Part shown: positions 43,401 to 55,487 of the stretch, piece after piece | How the letters are laid out: the number at the start of each line of letters is the position of its first letter | Numbering within the stretch: position 1 is the first letter of the stretch | Assembly (NCBI GenBank): GCA_027923505.1 | Contig: BROI01000005.1 | Span: 248,001 to 312,000 of the forward strand | DNA from: Mayamaea pseudoterrestris | Lineage: Eukaryota | DNA: 64,000 nucleotides | Direction: 5' to 3' | Position numbers and translations under genes: made by a program | The notes under the pieces: model-generated | What the model was told of the DNA's origin: nothing | The model's input: only the letters and a program-made list of their open reading frames with translations | Database searches by the model: none

Positions 43401-45842
43401 GCAAAGTGGCGATCCGCAAACTCCACCAGCACGCCACTGCTGTCGGATCGACTGCGAGACGCATACGGATCCAGTGCCAACGGATTTTCAGAGACGACGC
43501 GTCCAAACACAGGAGCGATACCATCAGCCATCGTTTTCCGAGGTTTAACGACATCCCCCACTTGACAAGAGCTCGGCCGGAACAATTTTAAACTTAGCGG
43601 TGTAAGCGTCGTATGCTGATAACCATGTGCTCGTAGCACTCGTCGAATTACAAAAACGGCAGGCGTCTCAATCAAGCCAGATGACTCTGACACAATCGCA
43701 GATGGCTGGTACCACCAGCGTCGTTGATTATGCAGTACTCGAACAGATTTCGTCTCGCCGTTTGCTCCATTTTGAAAGTCCACGACGAGACCTCGTTCCG
43801 AGGGGTGCAGCGGACCGCTTGATGCATCTCCAAACCTACCATAAAAATCAACAACCTCGACGTGATCACCAATCTTAATATCGACTCGATCAGGCAGGCA
43901 TGTGGTAAGCCTAGCATCATCTTCCGCACAAATTTTTTCAAACAAAGCAAGAAAATCATCAACGGTGACCGACGCGCCATCATCCAAAAGCGACAGTTTA
44001 AAACCGCATCGATACCAAAGTCGAGCGGCTTCCACGTAGTCAAGAACAACATGTTCTGACGCTTGATCACACGTAGATACACGCGTGCTGTATTGAGCAA
44101 ATATTTCGACCAGAACTGATCTCAATGTTTCAGTCATCAGGCCATTTTCGATCTACAATTCAAGCATTGGAATAATAAAATGAGTCGATGTGCCTTAGGC
44201 GTGCTAATATATTTTCTCAAGTATTGCGCAACGTACCAAAACACCTCGATCAACAATAAGCTGTCGACGCAGCTCCTCGTCTTTTTCCCGTTGAAGGCGT
44301 CTCCAGTCAGCCGCGAATGCCAACAATTGCGGGATTGGGTCCACATCAAGGCTAGTAATCGCAACGCTTGATCCATGGTGATATGGTACAGCTACCGGAA
44401 TAAGATCCCCAGTGCGTGGGAGCATTGTCAATTGGCTACCAAGCAAAGTAGAACCTCTCCAAAATGCCATGACTCGATTGTCCAAGTCGCAAACAACCGT
44501 CACAACCTCGCGATTGCCAAACAAGCATCCGCTGTCGTTCATAGGTACATCTTGCTGGCCAAGCTGCAACGCCAAAAAGGGTGCAGCTGCTAGCTGCGAA
44601 GCATTGGCAGAAGAACCACTTCGACGAGTCGGAACTGGTTGTTCGCGCAAGGTCCAATGGCTACGCCGCGAACCGTCATACTTCTTGCCACTGTCATCGA
44701 TACCCCAAAAATGCGAGCTCTGCTGGAGTCCGTTGTATTCGCTGTAAGAAGCAAAGGCACTTGTTGTTACACCGACAAGATACCCGCCACCCATGTTTCC
44801 GCCTTCTTCGCAATGAGGATGGTCAAACGCGACTCGAAACCCAACGATGTTTCGCTTTGGTGGATCTGGATTAGCAGCGACATCGTCACCTGCAGCCTCT
44901 TCGGTAGCCTCCAAAGCAATTACAGCTTCGCTCTTCACAAGACCCGATTCAGCTCGAATCGCGCGTCCTTCTCCTGTTCCAATAGGAACATGCGCCATGT
45001 TCTGCTGATCTCCTTGACCAATTTCAAGCGAAAAAGGCGCATTGGCTCCGCGTCCTCCACGCGCTGGACGCAACCAGCGCGGCTGATAACTTGGCGACGC
45101 CATGGCAAGCATTTCAGAAGCAGGCAATTGCGGAAATGTCGTCGGTTGACTCGCTGCCGCTGCCGTTTCTGATCTTGTTCGTCCGCTGCTAGCAGCAGTA
45201 GCGCCCTGGCGAGCTCGTCGATGCCCAAACTGTCGCGCCGCTTCCAAGAATCGCTCTCGACTTTCAATCATGCGACCACGACTACTGGCAACTTCCATGG
45301 CGAGCGATTCAATGGCGCTCTCGGCATCGTCCATGTCCCAAAATTCAGCCTCCGCCGGAGGCGGCGCATGAAGGTGACTGAGAAAATCTTCAACGTCGTC
45401 GTCATCCGCGTCTGGAGGAATACCGACAATGGCACGATGGTGGAGCCATGGAGCGCGACGGCGCAATAGCCCTGCGCCTGCTGTAATAATGAAAGAGTTT
45501 GTTAAATGAAGCGTGAGATTTTATACTTTTTCAGATGGAGCATCGATCGAAATGGAAGGTATGGAATAAATCGGAGGACCAGAAACGTTTCATTGAAAAC
45601 CTCTTTAAATCCAATTTAGTCGCATTATTTGGTAGCAGTACCCATTGATTGAATCACGACTTGTCCATATTGCACTAAAATGGCGATAGGGGCAAGTAAA
45701 GTAAAAGATATACGCCGCACAGAAAACGAAACTTACCACTCCGGCTCGTCCCACAGATGCCGCAAGTACGATCAGTTTCTACGTTTGTATGACAGCCGCA
45801 GGCTTCACAGGTCCATCGGCTAGGCTCGCCGGCTTCCGACAT
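37457..45842 (-). CDS. Giant HECT E3 ubiquitin ligase (UPL3/TRIP12/HECTD1-like HECT), about 2681 aa; introns 45481..45736 and 44153..44236
   Basis: Exon 1 WTCEACG..CGIC zinc finger, exon 2 SPRY-like region, exon 3 ankyrin-like and ZZ-like motifs plus HECT (LEIRFEGESG, GVTRGFY, FRFIGRL, FLNFVT, LPRANTC). Both introns are GT-AG and join the ORFs in frame (106+1244+6696 nt). Confidence 0.88.
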
Positions 45843-46100
45843 TTTTGTATTTATATATATAGAGTAGCTACCGCAAGAGTAGTAAGATAAGTGATGGATG
45901 ATGGGCACTAGAGCGAGACGCCAAACCGAAGGATCGCAGTGTGGCACGGTTCCAGTCGTTTCCGCGCGCGATCGACTTGGTTATCTTGGTTGACGGTACG
46001 ACTCAGGATACCGTCTTTTCAGTGCCGCAACGATGACCGTTGACGCCTCACATCGCCAACGCGCACACAAACCAAGCCGATCGAGCACCCAACAATCACC

Positions 46101-49100
46101 ATGGCGTCCTTTGGCAAACGAAATGATGCATTTGCATTACCATCCAAAAAAGTGCCTCCTCTTGGAGATTACATGGAAAAGGAGAATCGCTTCAAGTTGA
46201 AATCGCACTCGCAAAAGCTGCCTATCCTCGGACAGCATTCCACCTGTCACTCCTCTCGCGTGACAAGCATTCACAATTCAACAACGCTACCTTCCTCGAT
46301 TCATCAATCAACTTCGTCATCAAATTTAGCAAAGAAACCAGCACCAGCAGCATCATCATGTGCAGCAGTGTCAAACATGAGTGTTGCTCGCGTCCTGCGC
46401 TACGGCGAAACCATTGAATCATTCTTCCTCGTTCACGCGGACTCCAAAGACGAGTATCGCGATCTTTGCTGGCGCATTATTCACGATGCTGACGCTGCCA
46501 AAGATGCAGCCATTTGGATCAAAGTGTTGGAGCTAGTTGTGGAGCAAGAAACCAAGAAACAAGGAGTGAATCATGCAGCAGCAGCTCCAGATTTGATTCG
46601 ACTCCACCGTCGAGCAACGACTCGCTTTCCATTGACTGTAGAAACGGTTCCAATGTGGCTATCCTTTGCCAAAGTGCAAGCGTTGAGACGAAACGATGCG
46701 CTCATGACGCTGCGCCATGTTGCTGGACTGGGAGCAACCATGGCTAGCTACTATTTGACCAAAGCTGAGCTGCACATGCAGTGGGGTGAGCCGAGGGAAG
46801 CGATGCAAGTTTTGCAAACGGGCATTGACAAAAAGGCGCAACCACTGGATGAACTCACTTATCGCCTCCAAGAATTCAAGAATCAGCAGCAAAATGAGGA
46901 CGGACATGACAACGCCGGCAGTGACAAGAATGACTTGACCGAACGTCTGAAAAACAATCAACGCTTCGCTCCCGACGCAAAGCACAAGGATGGCGAGTGT
47001 CATGTCTCAAATGCTGCCATTATTTCAAATACTCCAAACGCAAATGAACAGTCGTCGGAGCGCCCTCGTGCATCAACCCATGCTAGCAAGTCCTCCGTCA
47101 AGTTTACAACGGGGCTGTCGAGTTCGAATCGTCCACCACTGGCCGGTTCCAGACTCCTTCAGCGGAGTGCCGCAAACATGTTTATGGAGCCGCAACGATT
47201 AGACGAAGGACTTGCAGTAGTAGACGATACAATGAAGAAGACGAATGCATGCAAGTCAGATGAGGAAGCTCCCAAACGTGCGCCCAACGTAGATGTCAGC
47301 TACATTCGGTCGTGGGATCCTGAGAAGACGCGACGAAAGTCTGCAGAAACAGCGCTGCAGAAAGCTCTTATCCCAGCAGGTAAATTGCCTTCTAAGGAGT
47401 TCTCTGAACGAGTGAGCGTAGAGTCGCCAAATTACTTGGAATCAAATGCCGATGCCATTCCAAGCAAACCAACCGTGGACGTGAGCAACATTTTGGCCTG
47501 GCAACCCAGAGCTATTCGGCGCAAGTCCACCGACGAATCTACAATCGGGCTTGATTCTTCTGCATGTCATGAAGTCAGCAAAGATACGGATACTCTCGCC
47601 CATGAGCATCCATCTGCCACTAAAACGAAACAAGCACCCGTTCCACGTATCGATCTGTCGTATATGCTCGAGTGGAATCCATCCAAACGGCGCCCTTCCT
47701 TGACAACTGAACCTGTTAAAGACTTGGAACTAAAAGAAGCTTCGATCCCTTCCCTAGTACCGAGTACAGGATCCATTGATGTTGATGCTGACAAGACAGC
47801 CAAGGCGTCGAATGAAAATCATGAGTTAGAGGATCAACCTACAGAAACTCTCCGCGCAGGAACTGTACCTCAATCCACATCGAAAGTGTCAAAAGCAAAT
47901 AGCGATCCCGCCGATAGAGCGGGTGACGCAACCCAAACTGAATTTAAAACTGCAGAAAAGTTGATGAAACGCCGACGCTCCACACCGTCTAATCGCCATC
48001 CAACCACGCCCGCCACGGACAACGAGAGTCCCTTGGCGAAATACAACAACGACTTTCTGCAAATGGCTCGGCAGGACAACATGCTAACAGTCAACGGAGC
48101 ATCATACATGAAGATTGGTGTCATTGGCAAGGGGGGCTCTTGCAAGGTGTATCGAGCGCTCTCTAAAGATGGTCATGTGCTTGCCATCAAAAAGGTCAAG
48201 CTTGCCGGAATGACACAAAACGCGATGGAAGGATATGCCAACGAGATTGCTCTTTTGAAGCGTCTCCGGGGCAGTCCTAGCATTATTCAGCTGTATGACA
48301 GCCAGATTGATTTGGCGCAAAAGGCAATCTTTCTGATTTTGGAACCCGGTGAAGCTGACTTGAACCATGTCTTGTACCAGCAGACAAAACTCGCGATGGA
48401 GTCGTCGAACGACCCAACATATCCTCGTCTCGATATGAACTTCATTCGGTTGACATGGCAGCAGATGCTTAAAGCTGTGCACTGCATTCACGAAGAACGC
48501 ATCGTTCACTGTGACTTGAAGCCTGCTAATTTTCTGTTCGTCCGTGGGGCCTTGAAGCTTATCGACTTCGGTATTGCCAAGGCGATACAAAGTGACGACA
48601 CTACGAACATTTACAAAGACGTTCAAAATGGCACATTGAATTACATGAGTCCAGAGTCATTTATGGGTTACACGGGTGACAAGTATAAACTGGGTCGGGT
48701 AAGTGCCGTTCGCATTACTGAGCGATGCTTTCGTTTCAGATATCTCACTGGCTTCGACCGCTTTATTCCAATAATAGGCCTCGGACATTTGGTCCCTTGG
48801 ATGTATTCTCTACCAGGTAAGCACAACTTGCTGCATTCTGCGAGACTTTCATGGCATGGAGGCTTACACGTTCCGTCTTCGCAAACAGATGATCTATGGC
48901 AAGACACCCTTTGCGGAGTACCCTACCATGGGGCACAAGATGCAAGTTATATGTAATCCAATTCTTCAGGTTTCTTTCCCGGCAGGTGTTGATACATCTG
49001 CGATTGACTGCATTAAACAATGTTTGCGATTCAAGGCTGAAGACCGACCGCCCATTGTTGGTCCGAAGGGACTGTTAAATGAGCATCCGTTCCTTAATGC

Positions 49101-49110
49101 TCGTCGATAA
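46101..49110 (+). CDS. MPS1: MPS1/TTK spindle-checkpoint kinase, 952 aa; introns 48699..48777 and 48817..48888
   Basis: N-terminal TPR-like helices; IGKGGSCKVYR, YANEIALLKRL, WQQMLKAVHCIHEERIVHCDLKPANFLFV, DFGIAKAIQSDDTTNIY, GTLNYMSPE, |ASDIWSLGCILYQ|MIYGKTPF. Confidence 0.93.
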
Positions 49111-49808
49111 CAAATTTGAGTGAGCTACTACAATTTACTCTGTATATACTTGCGTAATTAGACATGGTGTTGTCGCAACTACAGTTACAGGTGTCTACTT
49201 CGACGCGATTATCAATGTGAGCATGCAGCCAGCGCCATGCAGTAATCATCGACTGAAAATGAAATTGTTGACAATTCTGAATTGACAAAAAAAGCTTGTA
49301 GCTTTACTTGACGAATCGTTTGCGCGTCGGGTGATTATACTTGAACTTGCCAATCGCGCAGATTGGTACAATCTTTAAAACCGAGAAACAGTACGAGTAA
49401 GAAACGTCCTTTGCTCAGCCCACCCGTGTTTTTATATCTTCACACCATTTTGTAAAGGTTAGAGCATTTTCTTTTGCTGGAAATGTCGGCCACACTACTT
49501 GCATCAATAGCTTATTCATCGCTGCGGTTGGACTTGCAGTCAACGCGATGGTTCCACATTGGTAGGCCAAAATTTGGCGATCCTGCCAATTTCAGGTCAC
49601 ACATTTCCGTGTCGCTCGTTCCAATATCTATGCCCTCTGAGTCACTATTCTATCAAGATACCATATTACATAGCCGATCAAATTTTCTTTTCATGAACGT
49701 CAAATAGAAGAAATCGCCAATCGCCAGTGCGGTCAAGCGTATCATCGCCGAGCACCTCTGCAGCAAACATGCGCGCTATCGAAGAACAACAATACCTCCA
49801 CATTGACC

Positions 49809-52541
49809 ATGGCGCCTCATCCAACATCTCCTCTATCGAGAGAATGGCTTTCTATGATGGGCACGATCAATGATGATAAGCGAAGGCAGCGCGAACAAAG
49901 GCAGCCATTGAACAAATTTTACGACAGCAATCTGCAGCCACAGATAAAGCCTCCTCCGCATCAAAGGCGAAGTAGACAGCGGACTGAATCGACTCCTGCA
50001 AATGCAAAAAGCAGCTCTTGGTGGGGTATTCCAGCAATGAGGGAAAGTCCATCGATGGAACTGGAAGCTAGCAGCATTGACGACGGCGCGTTGCTGGAGG
50101 AGCGGCTCAGAGCTCGTCTTTCTCGCAACAGCACCAAAACGCAAGCACGCGTACGCTTCGATCAAACAGCGGACCACGCTCAGACTCGAGAAATGGCAGT
50201 TGCAAAGAAGTCGTCGATTTTTAACAGTCCAGCCGACAGATTACTCGATATGATGAGCGACTCCTTGTGCAGCAGCTTTGAACTCGACTCCCCATCCATG
50301 AGTTCACTCGAAAAGAGCATAGCCTCGAGTCCAATACTGCGCAACTTTATTGTTCCTGAAGACGATGATGAGTCTCAAATAATTGGAAGCGACAGTGAAT
50401 CGGAAGTTAGTGAGCCTTTCAGCCCCAGAATCATGAGCAATTGCAGAAGCAGAAGTCGTTCATTTGGATCTTACTATTCCGACCTTCCAAGTGTTCCCGC
50501 ACCAACGGAGAGTCGTTCTGACGACGACTCAAAAAGCAAATACCGGAATATACTGACGAAAATTGCAAAAGAACGAAGCGAAAGAAAGGCAATAGCAGGG
50601 CGTGGCCAGTTGCCTCTGGCGACCGGACAACACCCTTTACAACCTCCGTCTTCTAATTGGGCTCCAACAACCAACACGATTAGTCGCATGAAGGTACTAA
50701 ACGAAGACAAGAGTCTGAATACAACACAAAAAGCTGCCGTCACGACTAGCGCGCTAAACCCGCTCACTAAAATGACGACTACATTCCTGGAATCCATCGG
50801 CTTATCTAGTTCCAAGTCAGGAAGTCAATCCGAATCGCCTGCCGCTCCACTACAAAAGGAACTGGACGAGATTGAAGCTGCGCTCGCCGCTGCCAAAAAG
50901 AAAGACGCCGATGAACAAGAAAACATGTCGCATTCGCAAACTTCAAAGGAAAACGGCTTGCCAGCGTCGGTGCAAGTCTATGATGGCCGGCCGCCAAGTG
51001 GCATTTTGAGCCAGACGTCGCATAAAGGCACCACTAGACAGCAACCTGTCAAATTTATGGGCTCGGCACCTTCCATTCCTCTTACTACGAGCGTGAGCTG
51101 CCTAACGGATGACGCTAGTCCATACGGCAATGGCGAAGGCACAAAGACGTGCGTTCCGTCGGCCTTTCAAAAGCGACTAGACCAGCTCAAAAAATTGAAG
51201 GACAACAAGTTGGCAAAGCGAGAGGCGATGAAAACTGAGTCACAATCATCTGGATCAGACACTTTTAACAGTCCAGCAATGATGAACTCGAAGACTCTGC
51301 AAGCAGTACTGGGTGGATCATCAAAGTCGTCAGGACCTTCCGGGCCTAAAAGCAGCAATTCCAACATTGTCAAACCAGACGCTAAAGGATTACCTCAGCT
51401 TTCTGACTTGGACTTGCAGCGGCATGCTTATGTAGCGTACTTTACTCGAGGCCGCGAACGTACCCGTCAATCAATGCGCATTTATGAGCACATTGTGCCT
51501 CCTCGATTCCCTACCGATGGCAACGAGGTTGTTGTCAAGGTGGATGTTTCAACAATATCTGAAACTGATTCATGCGTGAGACACGGGGATTACTGGGGTG
51601 TCAATTCCACCAAGCCGCTGGACTTGCCGATCATTCCAGGCGTCGCTTTGTGTGGAACAGTCACTCAGATCGACAAATCCGCGTCTCGAAGTGGCTTAAA
51701 GATTGGCGACCAAGTCATTTCGCTGGTAAGAGCTGGTGCTAACGCGAGGCATATCTGCATCCACCCCTCCCATGTAGTCAAAATCCCAACCCATCTGAAC
51801 CTTACGGAGCCGGATAAGATTGCCTGCCTACCGGAAATATACTTGTCAGCATTCCAGGTGCTCCATATTGACCAGAAATACGGATCGCGATACTCCAAAA
51901 GTGGGTTGGCCGATAAAGCAATTCTCATCCTCGGCGGCACGACCGCAACTGGCCGCGCACTGAGTGAACTAGCCATTGCTGCTGGCTGCGGGGCCGTATA
52001 TGCCACGGCCAAGGAATCGCAGCGCTACATAGTTGAACGAAGTGGTGCAGTTCCAGTTAACCGCGATCCGGTCCACTGGTACAGTCTGCTGGCCGGCAAA
52101 ATGGACTTTGTAATCTGCGCCGACAAGGGCAACAACGAGCTATCGGAACTGAAGTACGAGCATATACAAACCCTTACACGAAGCGGCAAGCTTGTTGTTA
52201 TCGGTCCTCCCGACGACGAAGGTAGCAGAGTTGTTGACTTGGCAACTGTGGACGAGCAATCCATTGGGACTCAGCGCAAACTATACCATTACAACGTATT
52301 TGATCACTGGGAAGAGAATCGAAAGCAAGCCAAAAGAGATTTGACACATCTTCTCTACTTACTAAGCGACCTCAAGATTGCGCCCAAGATACTAGAAAAG
52401 CTTGCACTTTCTAAAGTCGCCCGAGCGCACGAAGTGATCGAAAAATCATCGCTTGGGGGCTTTGTTTTGTGCGAACCCTGGGCAAAGGATCCCCACCAGA
52501 GGTCAGGAAGTGGATCAAGTAACAGTAGATCAAGAAAATAG
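49809..52541 (+). CDS. Medium-chain dehydrogenase/reductase (quinone-oxidoreductase-like) with long disordered N-terminus
   Basis: EVVVKV..TISETD..R.G, PIIPG...G.V, LKIGDQV (GroES-like); YLSAFQVL, ILILGG (Rossmann); LSKVARAHEVIE. The first 530 aa or so are Ser-rich low complexity. Confidence 0.82.
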   Translation: MAPHPTSPLSREWLSMMGTINDDKRRQREQRQPLNKFYDSNLQPQIKPPPHQRRSRQRTESTPANAKSSSWWGIPAMRESPSMELEASSIDDGALLEERLRARLSRNSTKTQARVRFDQTADHAQTREMAVAKKSSIFNSPADRLLDMMSDSLCSSFELDSPSMSSLEKSIASSPILRNFIVPEDDDESQIIGSDSESEVSEPFSPRIMSNCRSRSRSFGSYYSDLPSVPAPTESRSDDDSKSKYRNILTKIAKERSERKAIAGRGQLPLATGQHPLQPPSSNWAPTTNTISRMKVLNEDKSLNTTQKAAVTTSALNPLTKMTTTFLESIGLSSSKSGSQSESPAAPLQKELDEIEAALAAAKKKDADEQENMSHSQTSKENGLPASVQVYDGRPPSGILSQTSHKGTTRQQPVKFMGSAPSIPLTTSVSCLTDDASPYGNGEGTKTCVPSAFQKRLDQLKKLKDNKLAKREAMKTESQSSGSDTFNSPAMMNSKTLQAVLGGSSKSSGPSGPKSSNSNIVKPDAKGLPQLSDLDLQRHAYVAYFTRGRERTRQSMRIYEHIVPPRFPTDGNEVVVKVDVSTISETDSCVRHGDYWGVNSTKPLDLPIIPGVALCGTVTQIDKSASRSGLKIGDQVISLVRAGANARHICIHPSHVVKIPTHLNLTEPDKIACLPEIYLSAFQVLHIDQKYGSRYSKSGLADKAILILGGTTATGRALSELAIAAGCGAVYATAKESQRYIVERSGAVPVNRDPVHWYSLLAGKMDFVICADKGNNELSELKYEHIQTLTRSGKLVVIGPPDDEGSRVVDLATVDEQSIGTQRKLYHYNVFDHWEENRKQAKRDLTHLLYLLSDLKIAPKILEKLALSKVARAHEVIEKSSLGGFVLCEPWAKDPHQRSGSGSSNSRSRK

Positions 52542-53290
52542 TTGACCGTGAATCTCGAGTCATGACAGACAATTACCAGCAAGGCCCTCCGTTAGAACGA
52601 ACACAGAACCAAACATTTATTCGTAACCTGATGTAGACCGGAGCGAGAGGGCAAGCGAGCTTGTATAATAATTTATAGTCTATAAATTGGCATGTTATGC
52701 TTACTTGCAGGTCTTTGTATGATGTTTCATGTGACCTTCCTTTCAATGCGCAAGCACTTACAGGTTCAAGATGACACTGGAACAAAATTTGTATCATACA
52801 TAGTAGCTAACACTTTTAGCATATCGTACCGGTACTGAGCGGAATTCCGACCGATTGACAAGCTGCACCATGGACATCATACATCTTGGCTGTCTGCACC
52901 TAAGCAGCACACGGCAGTCGTCCTCAAAGTCACCCTTCGACTAGAACCAAGCAAGGGCGAATAGAGAAGGGGACAAAGTTCTGGCGTAAATTGCGCGAAT
53001 TCAATCTTCCTTTGGCGCAGCGTCGAGCTTCTAGTCTCATTTTGCATGCACGTCAAACCTTTCGCTGAATTGCCGCAACGCCGCACCGTCGACGTAAAGA
53101 AGCTTAAGATTACGAAAGGAAGTTCGCGACTTTATTGAGTGGAATTCGCTTTGCGCCGACCAATTTGTATTTATCACCCGATTGAGCCGCCCGTCAAGCG
53201 CGCCGTCGCGCCGTCCTGCAACAACTGCGACTCTAGCTTCACTATACAATTCGCAACCAAGGAAGCAGGAAGCTGTAATTAAGATACTTT

Positions 53291-55125
53291 ATGATGGCTG
53301 CGACATATTTTGCAGCCGACGTCATATTAGATTGGTCAGGAAGCCTTGAACCGCAAGCCTTTTTCCGATCGACACGGGCCGCAGCGGGGGCGTCCGACAA
53401 TCGAGACACTATTGGTTTGAACATGGATGGACGATTTTTAGGCGCCTTTTCTCGGTTGCCGGATGCTGCGGCGGATGAAGTGCTTGCGACTATAAAAAGG
53501 AATCCAATTACGACCATTTACGTAGGAACGTTTCCGTTGCCAAACAATCACCGAGGAGTGGCGTCAGATAATGCATATATATCAAGACTCGTCCTCCTCT
53601 TCTGCTGTTTGAAATCGCTGCGCTCTATCAAGAATGTCTTTCTGGATGCCACGCCGAAAGAAGGGATAGAACACGCGATGACTCTGCAATACTTACGAAA
53701 TGCTCAAAATTTGACATTGATGGGGCAGTTTGGATATCAAGTGACATCTGAAGTATTCGCATCTTTCAAAATGCTCACTAAACTCCATCATGTCAAGATT
53801 CACTTAGCTGGTGATTGCCTCGGTTTTTTGCAACCGTTGTTATGTACACGGTCGCCTTATCTCCTTCACCTGTCACTGATCAAAGTAGCAAGCGCGGGTC
53901 CCGTCACACTGAACGATGCACAGTCTCTTTTTTCCATTCTTGCTTGCGGCAAAATACTTATTGTGGAAATCGAGAATTTCGAGCTGTCAGGAGAAAATGT
54001 TTGTCGCATATTTTGCGATGGAGTCGCTCAAGCCAAAATGCATGTGTTTGATTTGAAAAATTGTGTTGTCCATGACCCCATTCACTTTGCCCATGCATTG
54101 TCTGTCAGTCAAGTAACTGTAACATCACTTTATGAAGTAATGTTTGCTTTAGAACGAACTAAACTTAACACATGCATCAAGTCTTCAAAGGATTTTGAAA
54201 AGAATCCCCGGCGTAAATGCGCGGCGAGCCCGAATAGTCACGTCCTTGCCCATCTTGTGGGAAATTTGTCTCGAAGCGTTCTTTTCGACTCATTGGGAGT
54301 TACAACAGAACTCTATGCAGCCGATCTGGACGAAGCTTTGGCTTTTTGCGTCACCAATCGCCCCGACATCGACAAATTTGAAGTCAGCTGCAGCGCAATT
54401 TTACCTACTCAGCCTGGTTACAAGTCCCCGGCACTCCTTGACGCCATGCGAACGAACTATGGTTTGCGTAATTGCACCTTTACTTCTCCACCAATTTGGA
54501 ACGATTCGCTCAAAGACCCATGGGATCCAGACTTCAAGCAAGAAGTGGCCATGTATTGCCGCTTGAACAATTCCGGTCGCGGGTATCTCGCATTGACGCG
54601 GCGAACAAGTACAAGGGATCCACAGTTCTAGAAACTGTTACGGATGACTTGAACTGCTTGCTTTGTCGTGTGCGGGAGAATCCAAGCCTTTGCCTGCGGC
54701 ACGTCGAACCGAAAGTGTCGCTGCGTTCAATGATTGGCGAACTGACAGTGAAGCTCGCCAGTGTTTCTTTGGAGGATGACAGGGTGGGTCACAGCTTAAT
54801 CATAGCGCGCTCTAGCATGAAGGATGGGCATTCGAAGTGTATATCGGTGACCAGTGGGAGCCGCCCGCCTATGCCAGCTGAACCAGTTGCATCACGCGTC
54901 CTTACCATCGCTTGCCAATCTCACCCAACCCTACGCGACACTGGCTACCAAAAACAACTCCAGACACTTGGTCAGTCACCACTGCTTCATGCACATGCAC
55001 GCCCGGATCGCAAACGCAAATTGTCGGACGGATTTGACAATGCGTCCATTGGCGTGAATAGATTGGCATTCATTGAACCGCTTGCTCATGATAGGCGCGG
55101 CCGCAAGCGACAAAAGACGGAATAG
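53291..55125 (+). pseudogene. RNI/LRR-like protein of a diatom-expanded family, frameshifted near 54593-54595 (pseudogene or sequence error)
   Basis: ORF1 ends ALLDAMRTNYGL..YCRLNNSGRGYL. The expected continuation DAANKYKGSTVLETVTDDLNCLLCRVRENPSLC is in the frame of ORF 54472..55125. Confidence 0.6.
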
Positions 55126-55487
55126 CATGTGCCAATTAGCGACACGGACATGTTGGTCGACTGAGTCTTGATGTCAATGGCAGTGGAGATGGCAGTGCCT
55201 GGCCATAAATAGTTGGCAGCATACCATCATCTTTACTACCCTGCGGGCAGACTTGCTTGCCGCTTGATACGCGACGATGACGAACACTACATTTATATAC
55301 TCATCATAAATTCGAGCTTTATCTGGTACACTTTGTCTGCGACACACTCCATCGAGCCGCCTGGACATCACAAGAACATTGATAAGGATCCCGCCGGTTG
55401 CCTTCGGTAGCTAGGAATCGACAACCGTTGCGACGTCTGCCGTCGTTCAAGATCTTCCACTTCGCTCCAGAACTCCACGCAACAACC

